Shown here piece after piece: positions 1-9,514 of a stretch of 52,763 bases of DNA. Both the position numbers and the translations under genes were made by a program. Origin of the DNA: Ignavibacteriales bacterium (GTDB lineage: Bacteria; Bacteroidota; Ignavibacteria; UBA10030; UBA6906); NCBI GenBank assembly GCA_037441705.1, contig JBBIRR010000031.1, forward strand, positions 1-52,763. The letters run 5' to 3'. How positions within the stretch are numbered: position 1 is the first letter of the stretch; every line of letters begins with the position of its first letter. Under the pieces are notes generated by a model. The model did no database searches, had not been told where the DNA came from, and saw only the letters and a program-made list of their open reading frames with translations.

Positions 1-2
1 GC

Positions 3-200
3 ATTCAGCTGATTGAAGTGACGTCGCAGCAAGCCATTCAGGACTATATTGCTGCCGGCAAGAAAGCGCGCCGATCGCTCGTCGGTACGCTCTATGATCA
101 GGACTTTCTCGACCGCGTCGAGAAGTCCGTTGCCGAGTTCCGTGCGGCCGCAGGGCAGGCGAGTAAATCCGGAGCCATCCATTCTGGCGAGAAGAAATGA
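3..200 (+). CDS. C-terminal part of a probable TRAP transporter substrate-binding protein (DctP-like), truncated by the window edge
   Basis: Frame is open from the window start and its stop overlaps the ATG of dctQ (ATGA at 197-200). The call rests mainly on position before dctQ-dctM. Confidence 0.6.
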   Translation: MQLIEVTSQQAIQDYIAAGKKARRSLVGTLYDQDFLDRVEKSVAEFRAAAGQASKSGAIHSGEKK

Positions 201-700
201 CGGTTCTCCGTTCGCTCGACCGTTTTCTCGTACGCATTGAGACGGCGTTCCTGGTCGTCTTCCTTTCGGTGATGATCCTGCTGGCCTTCTTGCAGGTGAT
301 GCTGAGAAATGTTCTCGGGATCGGCTTTCTGTGGGCCGATCCGCTCGTGCGGCACCTCGTTATCTGGGTGGGGTTCTTCGGGGCCGCCGTGGCCACGCAC
401 GAGGAACGCCACATCAGTATCGACGCGCTGACACGCTTCTTTCGCCCCCGATGGAAAGCGTTGGCCCACATCGTCACATCGCTCTTCGCCGTCGTTGTCT
501 GCTCCCATCTCGCCCACGCTTCCTATGTGTTTCTGCTTGACGAAAAATCTCTCGGTAGCGACTTCATGCTGAACGTACCCACGTGGGTGGCGCTCATCGT
601 TATCCCCGCCGGCTATGTGCTGATCGCGTTCCACTTCCTCGTCAAGCTCATCGAGCATCTTCTGTTCGTTGTGGGAAAACAAGAGAGCGCCTCGCGATGA
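197..700 (+). CDS. dctQ: TRAP transporter small permease (DctQ)
   Basis: 167 aa, four hydrophobic segments, QVMLRN...WADPLVRHLVIWVGFFGAA...HISID pattern of DctQ. Confidence 0.9.
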   Translation: MTVLRSLDRFLVRIETAFLVVFLSVMILLAFLQVMLRNVLGIGFLWADPLVRHLVIWVGFFGAAVATHEERHISIDALTRFFRPRWKALAHIVTSLFAVVVCSHLAHASYVFLLDEKSLGSDFMLNVPTWVALIVIPAGYVLIAFHFLVKLIEHLLFVVGKQESASR

Positions 701-1977
701 ACACCGTCGTCGTTGGTTTGCTTCTTGCTCTGCTTGCATTGCTTGGTGCGCCGCTCTTTGCGATCATCGGCGCGATTGCAATGCTGAGTTTTGCGGCCGA
801 AGGCATCGAATCCTCGGCGGTGATCGTTGAGTTGTATCGGATCGGCAGCAACCCAACGCTGGTGGCTATCCCGCTGTTTACGTTTGCCGGCTATGTGCTT
901 GCCGAAAGCAAGACGCCGCAGCGCCTGGTGAATCTGGCGCGCGCATTTTTCGGTTCATTCACCGGCGGCCTTGCCGTGGTGGCACTGGCAACCTGTGCAT
1001 TGTTTACGGCGTTTACCGGCGCATCGGGCGTTACCATCGTTGCACTTGGCGGACTGCTGCTTCCCATTCTTCTCAAAGAACAATATCCCGAGAAGTTCTC
1101 CCTCGGCCTCATAACGACATCCGGAAGTCTCGGCTTGCTCTTTCCACCGAGCCTCCCTCTCATCCTCTACTCTGTTACGTCAAAGCTCAGCATCGATCAA
1201 CTGTTTGCCGCGGGATTCATTCCGGGATTGTTCCTGGTCGTTATTCTTTCGGCCTACGGCGTCCGGCAGGGAAAGAAGGCGCGCGTGCCGAAGACGCCGT
1301 TTGCGTGGGCGAATGTCCGGAATTCCGTGAAAGCGGCGGCGTGGGAGATTCCACTGCCCTTCATCGTCATCGGCGGCATTTACTCCGGCACATTTACCGC
1401 AACGGAAGCCGCAGCCGTGACGGCGTTCTATGTGTTGATTGTTGAAGTCTTCATCTACAAAGACCTGAATCTCTTTCGCGATATTCCGCGCGTCATGCGG
1501 GAGAGTATGATGCTCGTCGGTGCCATCCTGATGATCATCGGGACGGCGATGGGGCTGACGAACTACCTTGTGGACAATGAAGTGCCGATGAAACTGTTCG
1601 AGCTGACGAAGCAGTTCATCACCAGCCCGATCATGTTTTTGATCGTTCTCAATCTCTTTCTCATCATTGTCGGAATGATGATGGACATCTTCTCCGCCAT
1701 CATCGTGGTTGTTCCCCTCATCATGCCGATTGCCGTCGCGTACGGCGTCCATCCGATCCATCTCGGCATTATCTTTCTCACCAATCTCGAGATCGGCTAT
1801 CTCACCCCTCCTGTCGGATTGAATCTGTTCATTTCGAGCATTCGCTTCCAGAAGCCCGTGTTCAGCATTGTCCGTGCCGTGCTGCCCTACATCGGCATTC
1901 TGCTCATCGCGCTTATCATCATCACGTACGTCCCCGCGCTCAGCTTGTGGTTGGTGGAGGCGCTGGGGGTGAAGTAG
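697..1977 (+). CDS. dctM: TRAP transporter large permease (DctM)
   Basis: LVAIPLFTFAG, SGSLGLLFPPS, TATEAAA, HPIHLG and EIGYLTPPVGLNLF motifs. Start moved to ATG 697, which overlaps the dctQ stop. Confidence 0.93.
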   Translation: MNTVVVGLLLALLALLGAPLFAIIGAIAMLSFAAEGIESSAVIVELYRIGSNPTLVAIPLFTFAGYVLAESKTPQRLVNLARAFFGSFTGGLAVVALATCALFTAFTGASGVTIVALGGLLLPILLKEQYPEKFSLGLITTSGSLGLLFPPSLPLILYSVTSKLSIDQLFAAGFIPGLFLVVILSAYGVRQGKKARVPKTPFAWANVRNSVKAAAWEIPLPFIVIGGIYSGTFTATEAAAVTAFYVLIVEVFIYKDLNLFRDIPRVMRESMMLVGAILMIIGTAMGLTNYLVDNEVPMKLFELTKQFITSPIMFLIVLNLFLIIVGMMMDIFSAIIVVVPLIMPIAVAYGVHPIHLGIIFLTNLEIGYLTPPVGLNLFISSIRFQKPVFSIVRAVLPYIGILLIALIIITYVPALSLWLVEALGVK

Positions 1978-2022
1978 GCCGCGCAACCGGGTGTTAGCGA
2001 TCCAGCATATTCTTCACAGCCT

Positions 2023-3051
2023 ATGATCGTCAGACTGACACTGCTTGAGCGCATTTTGCATCGCTTGCATCTTCTTCCAGCGCCCATCATGGATGCATTC
2101 GGCAGTATCATCCTTGGGCGCGTTCTGACTGTTGCTGTGCGGCGCGGGTTGTTCGAGCTTGTTGCACAGGGACCTCGGTCGGTGAAGGAGATAGCCGAGG
2201 CTACCCATCTCCATGCGCGGGCGGTTGCGCTGATGGCGGAGGCGTTGTGTGTAGCAGGCTACCTGCGGCGGGAAGGTGCAAGCTATGCCGCCAGTACAGA
2301 GGGCAAGAAATGGCTTGTGCAAAGCTCTCCGCACTACCTCGGCAACCTCGTTCGGTATTTCGAGACGCTCTATGCGCGCTGGGAACGTTTCGACTATGCC
2401 CTCGAACACGGCGCTCCCGAACGGCCGTACTTCGATCTCTTCACCGAAGAGGATTGGCGAGTGTACGTATATGGCATGCGGGATCTGGCGAAGCTGCTGC
2501 TGCCGCATGTCGAGTCACGGCTCGTTCTCAACGGTACACCAACATCGCTGCTGGACCTGGGTGGCTCGCACGGCTTGTATGCTCTCGCGTTGTGCCGCCG
2601 CTATCCCACCCTGCACGCGCTCGTTGCAGACTTTGCGCCTGCGCTGGTGCACATGCGGCAGATAGCGCTTGCCGAAGCGATGGCCGACCGTGTTACAACA
2701 CTCGAAGGGAATTTTGAGCACATGCCGTTTCCCTCTCACCTCGATGCTGTGTTGATGTTCAATATTGTGCATGGATTTGGGGAAGAGGAAAATCGGAGGC
2801 TGATCGCTCGTGCATACGCAGCATTGAAAACCGGCGGCAAGCTGTTCGTTCTCGACCAGATGCAGAGTGGACGGCGGCGTTCTCAGCTCGCTGCTTTCAT
2901 TCCGTTAATGGTAGGACTGAACATGCTGAACGAAATCGGCGGGATGGTGTATGGGGTTGAGGAGGTCGAGCGCTGGTGCTCGTCATTTCCATCCGTTCGG
3001 CATCACCGCTTGCGCTTACCCGGAGTGGTCCTGATTGAAGCAGTGAAGTGA
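2023..3051 (+). CDS. Class I SAM-dependent O-methyltransferase with N-terminal dimerisation/wHTH domain
   Basis: SAM-binding LLDLGGSHG, LEGNF, NIVHGF; 342 aa size typical of the family. Confidence 0.85.
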   Translation: MIVRLTLLERILHRLHLLPAPIMDAFGSIILGRVLTVAVRRGLFELVAQGPRSVKEIAEATHLHARAVALMAEALCVAGYLRREGASYAASTEGKKWLVQSSPHYLGNLVRYFETLYARWERFDYALEHGAPERPYFDLFTEEDWRVYVYGMRDLAKLLLPHVESRLVLNGTPTSLLDLGGSHGLYALALCRRYPTLHALVADFAPALVHMRQIALAEAMADRVTTLEGNFEHMPFPSHLDAVLMFNIVHGFGEEENRRLIARAYAALKTGGKLFVLDQMQSGRRRSQLAAFIPLMVGLNMLNEIGGMVYGVEEVERWCSSFPSVRHHRLRLPGVVLIEAVK

Positions 3052-3076
3052 AGATGTGAGAAGGCACGGCGGAACA

Positions 3077-4228
3077 CTACCGGGCTTTCCACGGCATGGG
3101 AGGGACGGAAGCGGGTTGTGCATACCGATCGGCAAACACGCGCATCTCCGCCACATGTTCATATCGAAAAAACACCTGACCGTGCGCGCCCAGCGTGCGC
3201 GTTGCGGTAATCTGATCGGGAATCTGTCGGGCGATCTCGGGCTTGTACGCGCCGATGCCGATGTAGATGTGCCGGCCTTCTGCGCCGCGCATCCACAAGC
3301 GCACAAGATGGGCGAAGTCGGGCCCGCGCGTTTCGAACTCCAACGTCCAGTACACCTGCGGCACAAGGTAATCGAGCCAGCCGTTTGTGAGCCAGGCGCG
3401 GGAATCCTGCAAGAAATCGCCGACGCTGCCTTGCGTCGTTTTCGTGTCGGGCTGAGCGCTGAGCGGGCCGCCGTAGTTGCCGAGGGGTGCCGCGCCGAGT
3501 TTCAGTCTGGGCTTGAGGCGGGCTGCTGCCGCGTGGACCTCTCGCACAAACGCATTGATGTTGTCGCGCCGCCAATCATCCCGCGCTTTTCCGTGGGCAA
3601 ATTGCCGGTACGTCTGCCCATCGGGAAAGTCCCGCCCGGGGTAGCGAATGAAGTCGAAGCAGACGCCGTCAACGTCATATTTGCTGATGAGATCTGAAAC
3701 GACGCGCACCAGATACTCTCGTACGGCGGGCAGGCCCGGATCAAGCCATGATTCGTTCTCGTACTGTACCACCCACGCAGGATACGCGCGCGCCGGATGT
3801 TGTGGCGAGCTTGGAGGCGGCGGCACGGGACCGCGAATCTTGTACACATTAAACCACGCATGCACCTCAAGCCCGGAAGCGTGTGCCTCCTCCAGCAGAA
3901 AGGCGAGCGGATCCCAACCGGGGTCGGCGCCGAGCGTTCCGGTCAGGTTCTCCGCCCACGGCTCAAAGTACGAGCGGTAGTACGCGTCACCACGCGCCCG
4001 CACCTGGAAGAAAATTGTGTTCAGGTTCGCCCGCTTCATGTCTTCGACAATCTTCCTCAGCGAAGTCTGCTGCTCCTGCCTGTCCAACGTTCGGGGCCAA
4101 TCCAGGCTGTTCGTCGTAGTCAGGAAAACTCCGCGCAGTTCGTGCCGGTGTTGCGCGCCCGGCTGAGCGAGACCGCTGCCCGAGAGAAAGAAGATTGTTG
4201 TGTTGAGAAGAACAAATCGTATTATCAT
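3077..4228 (-). CDS. Secreted glycosyl hydrolase-like family 10 protein (GHL10, YddW/DigH/YngK-like)
   Basis: ELRGVFL..DWP, NTIFFQVR, WDPL, HAWFN, LDPG, YDVDG..FDFIRYP, DYLVPQVYW. A signal-peptide-like N-terminus follows ATG 4228. Confidence 0.85.
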   Translation of the reverse strand: MIIRFVLLNTTIFFLSGSGLAQPGAQHRHELRGVFLTTTNSLDWPRTLDRQEQQTSLRKIVEDMKRANLNTIFFQVRARGDAYYRSYFEPWAENLTGTLGADPGWDPLAFLLEEAHASGLEVHAWFNVYKIRGPVPPPPSSPQHPARAYPAWVVQYENESWLDPGLPAVREYLVRVVSDLISKYDVDGVCFDFIRYPGRDFPDGQTYRQFAHGKARDDWRRDNINAFVREVHAAAARLKPRLKLGAAPLGNYGGPLSAQPDTKTTQGSVGDFLQDSRAWLTNGWLDYLVPQVYWTLEFETRGPDFAHLVRLWMRGAEGRHIYIGIGAYKPEIARQIPDQITATRTLGAHGQVFFRYEHVAEMRVFADRYAQPASVPPMPWKAR

Positions 4229-4396
4229 AGACCGAACATCGTTGATCTTTTTTCTTGATTCGCGTTCATTCGCCTGGATTCGCGGTTCCAAATCAACGGT
4301 GTGGAACAGTTTCGACCTTCGAGAAGATACGCCAATCGCCTGCATCTTCCAACATTGAATCTCACGCACAGCGTGACTATATTGCAGAGGGTTTCG

Positions 4397-4427
4397 GTAG
4401 GGACACCCCGCGAGGGGATGTCCCTAC
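4397..4427. repeat. GTAG-type REP-like palindrome
   Basis: GTAGGGACACCCC-GCGA-GGGG(A)TGTCCCTAC, a stem-loop with GTAG/CTAC ends in the spacer before radA. Confidence 0.6.
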
Positions 4428-4451
4428 AACGCGTTAGAACAAAGAACGCCC

Positions 4452-5822
4452 ATGTCGCGAGTGCAGACCAAATACGTGTGTCAGTCCTGTGCGTACGAAT
4501 CGCCGCGCTGGATCGGCAAGTGTCCCAACTGCGGCGAGTGGAACACGTTTGTCGAGGAGCTGACCGACCGCACGAAGCCGTCGAAGGCGAAGCGCTCAGC
4601 GCTGATCACGAATATCTCGGCGCCGACGCCGTTGGAGGAGGTTCAAGCCGCTCCCGAGCCGCGCACATCCACCGGCATTCCGGAATTCGACCGCGTGCTC
4701 GGCGGAGGCATCGTTGCCGGTTCCGTCGTGCTCATCGGCGGCGATCCCGGTATCGGCAAATCCACGCTGATGATGCAGATGGCGGCGTCGCTTCCATCCC
4801 AAATCGTCCTCTACATAACGGGCGAAGAATCCCTCACGCAAATCAAGCTGCGCTCCGAGCGTCTGGACGTCAAGCCGTCGCGAAATCTTCTCCTGCTTGC
4901 CGAGACGAATCTTCATCTCATCAACACCATTCTCGACAGTCACTCTCCCGACCTGATCATCGTTGATTCTATCCAGACGATGTACCGGCCCGAGATGGAA
5001 AGTCCGCCGGGTACCGTTGGTCAGGTGCGTGAGGCGACGGCGCTGTTCAACCGTCTCGCCAAAACCAAAGGCATCCCGATTTTTCTTATCGGACACGTGA
5101 CGAAGGACGGCCTGCTTGCCGGACCGAAAGTAATCGAACACATGGTCGACACCGTGCTGCACTTTGAAGGCGAGCAGCATTACACATACCGCATTCTTCG
5201 CGCGATCAAGAACCGCTTCGGCTCAACCAACGAGATCGGCATCTTTGAGATGCATGACACGGGCCTGCGCGAAGTGTCAAATCCGTCCGAGGTTTTTCTA
5301 TCGCAGCGGACGCACGGCGCGTCAGGCTCGGCCGTGGTGGCAAGCATGGAAGGGACACGGCCCTTGCTGCTGGAGGTACAAGCACTTGTCACGCCGACCA
5401 GCTACGGCATTCCGCAACGGACGGCGACGGGCTTCGATGCTCGACGGCTCCAGATGCTGCTTGCCGTTCTGGAAAAACGAGTGGGGCTGCACGTCGGACA
5501 GTACGATGTGTTCGTGAACGTTGCCGGCGGCGTGAAAGCTCTCGAACCGGCAATTGATTTGGGGATGGCGCTAGCCATTGTTTCCAGCATAAAGGATGTG
5601 CCCGTGGATGCGCAGACGGTTACCGTCGGAGAGATTGGCCTCGGAGGAGAAATCCGCGGCGTCAGTCAAATCGAAAAGCGGATCGGCGAAGCAAAGAAGT
5701 TGGGATTCAAACAAATGGTTGTTCCGAAAAACAACCTTAAGACAGTGAAACCAACGGGGGAGATAACGCTGATTGAAGTCGGTGCGGTTGATGAGGCGAT
5801 TCACCGCGTTGTTGATCATTAG
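4452..5822 (+). CDS. radA: DNA repair protein RadA/Sms
   Basis: C4 zinc finger (CQSC...CPNC), Walker A GGDPGIGKST, KNRFG motif, C-terminal Lon-like domain. Confidence 0.97.
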   Translation: MSRVQTKYVCQSCAYESPRWIGKCPNCGEWNTFVEELTDRTKPSKAKRSALITNISAPTPLEEVQAAPEPRTSTGIPEFDRVLGGGIVAGSVVLIGGDPGIGKSTLMMQMAASLPSQIVLYITGEESLTQIKLRSERLDVKPSRNLLLLAETNLHLINTILDSHSPDLIIVDSIQTMYRPEMESPPGTVGQVREATALFNRLAKTKGIPIFLIGHVTKDGLLAGPKVIEHMVDTVLHFEGEQHYTYRILRAIKNRFGSTNEIGIFEMHDTGLREVSNPSEVFLSQRTHGASGSAVVASMEGTRPLLLEVQALVTPTSYGIPQRTATGFDARRLQMLLAVLEKRVGLHVGQYDVFVNVAGGVKALEPAIDLGMALAIVSSIKDVPVDAQTVTVGEIGLGGEIRGVSQIEKRIGEAKKLGFKQMVVPKNNLKTVKPTGEITLIEVGAVDEAIHRVVDH

Positions 5823-5842
5823 TCATTTAATTTGGAGGAAAT

Positions 5843-6073
5843 ATGAGCCAGAGAGAAATCCTGGAGGAGATAAAGAAACTCCCAGTGCGCGAACAGCGAG
5901 AGCTTGTTGAGGCGGTGATGAAACTGATTGGCAACAAGGATATAGAATCTGGTGTGGAGGAATATGTTTCGCTCGAAGAAGCTGCCAGGCTTATGAAAAC
6001 TGAATACGAAATTGACCAGGAGCTGACAGCGTTCACCGGTCTTGATTCCGAAGGTTTCTATGAACCGCGGTGA
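5843..6073 (+). CDS. Putative antitoxin partner of the downstream PemK/MazF toxin
   Basis: 76 aa acidic protein with GGAGG RBS; overlaps the toxin start. Confidence 0.65.
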   Translation: MSQREILEEIKKLPVREQRELVEAVMKLIGNKDIESGVEEYVSLEEAARLMKTEYEIDQELTAFTGLDSEGFYEPR

Positions 6074-6410
6074 AGTCTGGCTTGTCAATCTCGATCCGAC
6101 TCTAGGGTCCGAGATCAGGAAGACGCGACCTGCCACCATTGTCAGCGACGAACGGCTTGGAATTCTTCCCCTGCGTGTTATTGTCCCGGTCACCAGCTGG
6201 AAGCGACATTACAGAAGAATCCGCTGGATGGTGAATCTACCGCCCGGACCGGAAATCGGACTTGTCAAGGAATCATCGGCTGATGCTTTTCAAGTGCGTT
6301 CTATATCAGTTCAGCGGCTTACGAAGAGAATAGGCATTGTTCCTGATTCGGTCATGGAAAAAATTGAACGTGCTCTATCCGTTGTTCTCAAAATCCGGCA
6401 CGCGGCGTGA
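6060..6410 (+). CDS. Type II toxin, PemK/MazF family endoribonuclease
   Basis: RGEVWLVNLDPTLGSEIRKTRPATIVS...VPVTS...QVRSIS..RL..RIG signature. Start at ATG 6060. Confidence 0.92.
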   Translation: MNRGEVWLVNLDPTLGSEIRKTRPATIVSDERLGILPLRVIVPVTSWKRHYRRIRWMVNLPPGPEIGLVKESSADAFQVRSISVQRLTKRIGIVPDSVMEKIERALSVVLKIRHAA

Positions 6411-7750
6411 AAACTCTCCTCAAACTCTCCGCAATCGTTACGATGGACTCCGGCCGTTCCATTCTCCGCAACGGCGGCATCATCGTCAACGAGAAAACGA
6501 TCGAACGTGTTCTCGACGAAGAATCGCTTCGCTCGCTGAGCGAGTTTGAGGGAGATGTCGTGAACGCCTCCTCGCTCGTGGCTATTCCCGGGTTCATTCA
6601 AACACACATTCATCTCTGCCAGACGCTTTTCCGGGGATTGGCCGACGATCTGGAGTTGTTGGATTGGCTGCGTCTGCGCATCATGCCGTTGGAAGCGGCG
6701 CACAACGCAAACTCGATGCGCGCGTCCGCCTTGCTCGGCATCGCGGAACTTCTGCGCTCCGGCACGACAACGATCATGGACATGGGGAGTATGAACCACG
6801 AAGAGGAGGTGATTCAGGCCGTCACGGAAACGGGCCTGCGGGCGTTCGTCGGCAAAGCGATGATGGATGTGAACGACCTGTATGCACCGCTGAAGGAAAG
6901 CACACGCGAAGCGCTGCAGTCGACGCGTCGCTACGCCGAGCAGGCTCACCATTCTGCCGACGGACGGATTCGCTATGCCGTCGCGCCGCGCTATATCCTC
7001 TCGTGCACCGATGAGCTGCTGAAGGAAGCCTATGAGATGACCAAATCCTTTTCGGGCATGCTCTTCCATACGCATGCTGCCGAGAACCGACACGAGATGG
7101 AGGCCGTCCGCAGGCGATGCGGCATGGAGAATGTGGAATACTTCGAGCATCTGGACATTCTTCATCCGAACACCTGCCTTGCGCATTGCATCTGGCTGAA
7201 TGATCGCGAAGTACGCCTGATGCAGGAGCGTGACGCGAAAGTGCTGCACTGTCCATCGTCCAACCTCAAGCTCGGCTCCGGCGTCGCGCGGATTCCGGAG
7301 TACCGTGCGCGGGGCATTACGGTGTCGCTCGGTGCCGACGGCGCGCCGTGCAACAACACGCTCGATATGTTCCACGAGATGCGGCTGGCTGCGCTGATGC
7401 AGAAACCCCTTCACGGGCCGTCGGCAATGGACGCGCGTTCCGTCTTCGAGATGGCAACGCTCGGCGGGGCCACAGCGCTCGGGATCGCCGATGAAGTCGG
7501 CAGCCTGGAGCCGGGCAAGAAGGCCGACATCGTGTTGCTTGACCTGCAGCGCGTGTGGAATCCGTACGCAGCGCAACAGGATGCCGACCTCTACTCGGCG
7601 ATCGTCTATTCAGGCACGCCCGAGAATGTTCACTCGGTGATGATTGACGGGAAGTGGGTGTATCGCTCGTACCATCATCTCACAATACAAGAAGAACAAC
7701 TCCGCAGCCAGGCGACGGAAGAGCTACGCCGGTTGCTGACACGATTATGA
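6407..7750 (+). CDS. Amidohydrolase, 5'-deoxyadenosine/methylthioadenosine deaminase family
   Basis: PGFIQTHIH (HxH), HTHAAE, HCPSSNLKLGSG, LGADG, GSLEPGKKADIV. GTG start overlaps the toxin stop. Confidence 0.85.
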   Translation: MKTLLKLSAIVTMDSGRSILRNGGIIVNEKTIERVLDEESLRSLSEFEGDVVNASSLVAIPGFIQTHIHLCQTLFRGLADDLELLDWLRLRIMPLEAAHNANSMRASALLGIAELLRSGTTTIMDMGSMNHEEEVIQAVTETGLRAFVGKAMMDVNDLYAPLKESTREALQSTRRYAEQAHHSADGRIRYAVAPRYILSCTDELLKEAYEMTKSFSGMLFHTHAAENRHEMEAVRRRCGMENVEYFEHLDILHPNTCLAHCIWLNDREVRLMQERDAKVLHCPSSNLKLGSGVARIPEYRARGITVSLGADGAPCNNTLDMFHEMRLAALMQKPLHGPSAMDARSVFEMATLGGATALGIADEVGSLEPGKKADIVLLDLQRVWNPYAAQQDADLYSAIVYSGTPENVHSVMIDGKWVYRSYHHLTIQEEQLRSQATEELRRLLTRL

Positions 7751-7757
7751 ACGAAGT

Positions 7758-8000
7758 ATGGACTGGATTGGATTCGTCGGTGTGATAGCATTTGCCCTCG
7801 CATGGATTCCGCAATCCATCGACACGATCAAAGCGGGACGCTGTGAAGTGAACCTTGCGTTCCTGCTTCTGGCGGCCCTCGGCAGCTTTTCGCTGATGAC
7901 GTACGCCCTGCTGCAGGGTGACCTTGTTTTCTCCGTTGTCAACGGCCTGACCACCATCGGCGCATTCGTGAACACGTTCTACAAACTCTTTCCGCGATAA
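7758..8000 (+). CDS. PQ-loop/SemiSWEET-like three-helix membrane protein
   Basis: 80 aa, three hydrophobic segments, WIPQ after the first and a conserved Asn in the third. Confidence 0.7.
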   Translation: MDWIGFVGVIAFALAWIPQSIDTIKAGRCEVNLAFLLLAALGSFSLMTYALLQGDLVFSVVNGLTTIGAFVNTFYKLFPR

Positions 8001-8006
8001 GTGCCG

Positions 8007-8618
8007 ATGCGCCGGCTTCTCCTTGCAACACACAACCGACACAAGGCGGAGGAACTTCAGGAGCTGCTGAATGATGCCGGTATCGAGGTCCTGACGCTGG
8101 ATGCCTTTCCTTCCGTGGGCGACATTGACGAAGACAGCGACACGCTTGAAGGAAACGCGCTGAAGAAGGCGCGAGAGGTCTTCCGTCTCACGTCGCTTCC
8201 CTCTCTGGCGGATGATACGGGACTGGAAGTGGATGCGCTGGACGGCAGGCCGGGTGTGTACTCCTCGCGCTTCGCCGGGCCGCAGGCGACGTATGCGGAG
8301 AACGTTGCAAAGCTTCTCAAGGAGTTGCAGGGCGTTCCTGCATCGCAACGCAGCGCCCGCTTTCGCTGCGTGCTCGCCTTCGTCGCTCCCAACGTCGAAG
8401 AAATCGTGGAAGGCGTTTGCCCGGGAACAATCACCGAAGCGCCGCGAGGAACGGCCGGCTTCGGCTACGACCCGGTGTTTCTTCCTCACGGACATCATCT
8501 CACATTTGCCGAGATGCCGATGGAACTGAAGAACACGACAAGTCATCGCGCACGCGCATTGAGGAACCTGAAGCCCATCCTGCTGCGCCATTTCGCCCGA
8601 CTCTCGAGCGCGCCTTGA
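8007..8618 (+). CDS. rdgB: Non-canonical purine NTP pyrophosphatase (RdgB/HAM1)
   Basis: ATHNRHK, ADDTGL, PGVYSSR, GFGYDPVF, SHR motifs. GTG 8001 is an alternative start. Confidence 0.95.
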   Translation: MRRLLLATHNRHKAEELQELLNDAGIEVLTLDAFPSVGDIDEDSDTLEGNALKKAREVFRLTSLPSLADDTGLEVDALDGRPGVYSSRFAGPQATYAENVAKLLKELQGVPASQRSARFRCVLAFVAPNVEEIVEGVCPGTITEAPRGTAGFGYDPVFLPHGHHLTFAEMPMELKNTTSHRARALRNLKPILLRHFARLSSAP

Positions 8619-8629
8619 AGTTCCTCCTT

Positions 8630-9511
8630 ATGAATGTTATCTTGAATGGTGTTTCCCTTCATCAACGCAAAATTCGTGTGCTTGGATCGGAACCGAACAA
8701 ACTGACGCCGGCGTGGCGGTACACATCGTCGGGTCTCGTGTGGCGTGTTGTGCCGACGGCCTCGGGGAAGATCGTCGGTGAGGCGAGAGATATTCAGAAA
8801 AAACTCGTTAGCTTCTTCTGCGTGAACTTGCGTACCGGCGAGGTGCTGTGGGACGAGGGGCGCTTCGGCGAGCGGTGGTGGATCGGGATCGAAGCTGTCC
8901 ATCACGACACGTTGCTGCTTCACAAGTTTGCCACGCCGGACCTGCCCGAGCATCGCGCGCTGATTGCTGTTGACATTCTTACAGGATCGGAGTTGTGGAG
9001 AAATGAGGAGGTCCGGTTTGATCATCTTGAACCTGAAGCCGTTGCTGTGACTCGCCCCCGGGCCTCCAGCAGCGAGGAGCTTCGGCTCGACTATCGCACC
9101 GGAGAAGTGTCCGCTCGGAACGGTGCAGACAGCAATGTTCTCGTCGCTACCGGACCGACGGTGGAGTTTCCCACTCCGCTCTACACGCTCGAAGGGGACG
9201 AACCGGCACACATCCTTCTCCGACGCTATTGCGAATCGGAGCGCGCTGTGTATCCGTTCGACTGTCTCGAACTTGACTCGCTGCTGGTGTGCAACTATCA
9301 CGAGCGGCTTGCCGAAACGACGGATGAGCGGCCGCGCCTGAGGAGCATCCTGATGGTGATGGCCAAGGACAGCGGAGACGTCCTCTTCACGGATGTTATG
9401 ATCAAGGAAGCCTGGACGGTTGTGCCGGAGGCGTTTTTTGTGTGTGAGGGAATGCTCATCTATGTTCACGAACGAACGACACTTACGGCAATTGAGCTGC
9501 AGCAGCGGTAG
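8630..9511 (+). CDS. DUF4905-like hypothetical protein (PQQ-like beta-propeller repeats)
   Basis: VWR...GEAR...FFC...TGEVLW...WWIGIE...LHKF.TPDLPEH...VDILTG.ELW pattern, recalled from DUF4905. Start uncertain. Confidence 0.6.
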   Translation: MNVILNGVSLHQRKIRVLGSEPNKLTPAWRYTSSGLVWRVVPTASGKIVGEARDIQKKLVSFFCVNLRTGEVLWDEGRFGERWWIGIEAVHHDTLLLHKFATPDLPEHRALIAVDILTGSELWRNEEVRFDHLEPEAVAVTRPRASSSEELRLDYRTGEVSARNGADSNVLVATGPTVEFPTPLYTLEGDEPAHILLRRYCESERAVYPFDCLELDSLLVCNYHERLAETTDERPRLRSILMVMAKDSGDVLFTDVMIKEAWTVVPEAFFVCEGMLIYVHERTTLTAIELQQR

Positions 9512-9514
9512 CAC

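Noticed and set aside
4229-4369. N-terminal extensions in the ORF track (GHL10 from 4369, dctM from 583, tonB from 14757, HAD from 30901, pilB from 44354, receiver from 49366)
   Set aside because: Downstream starts fit RBS position, gene overlaps and domain boundaries better.
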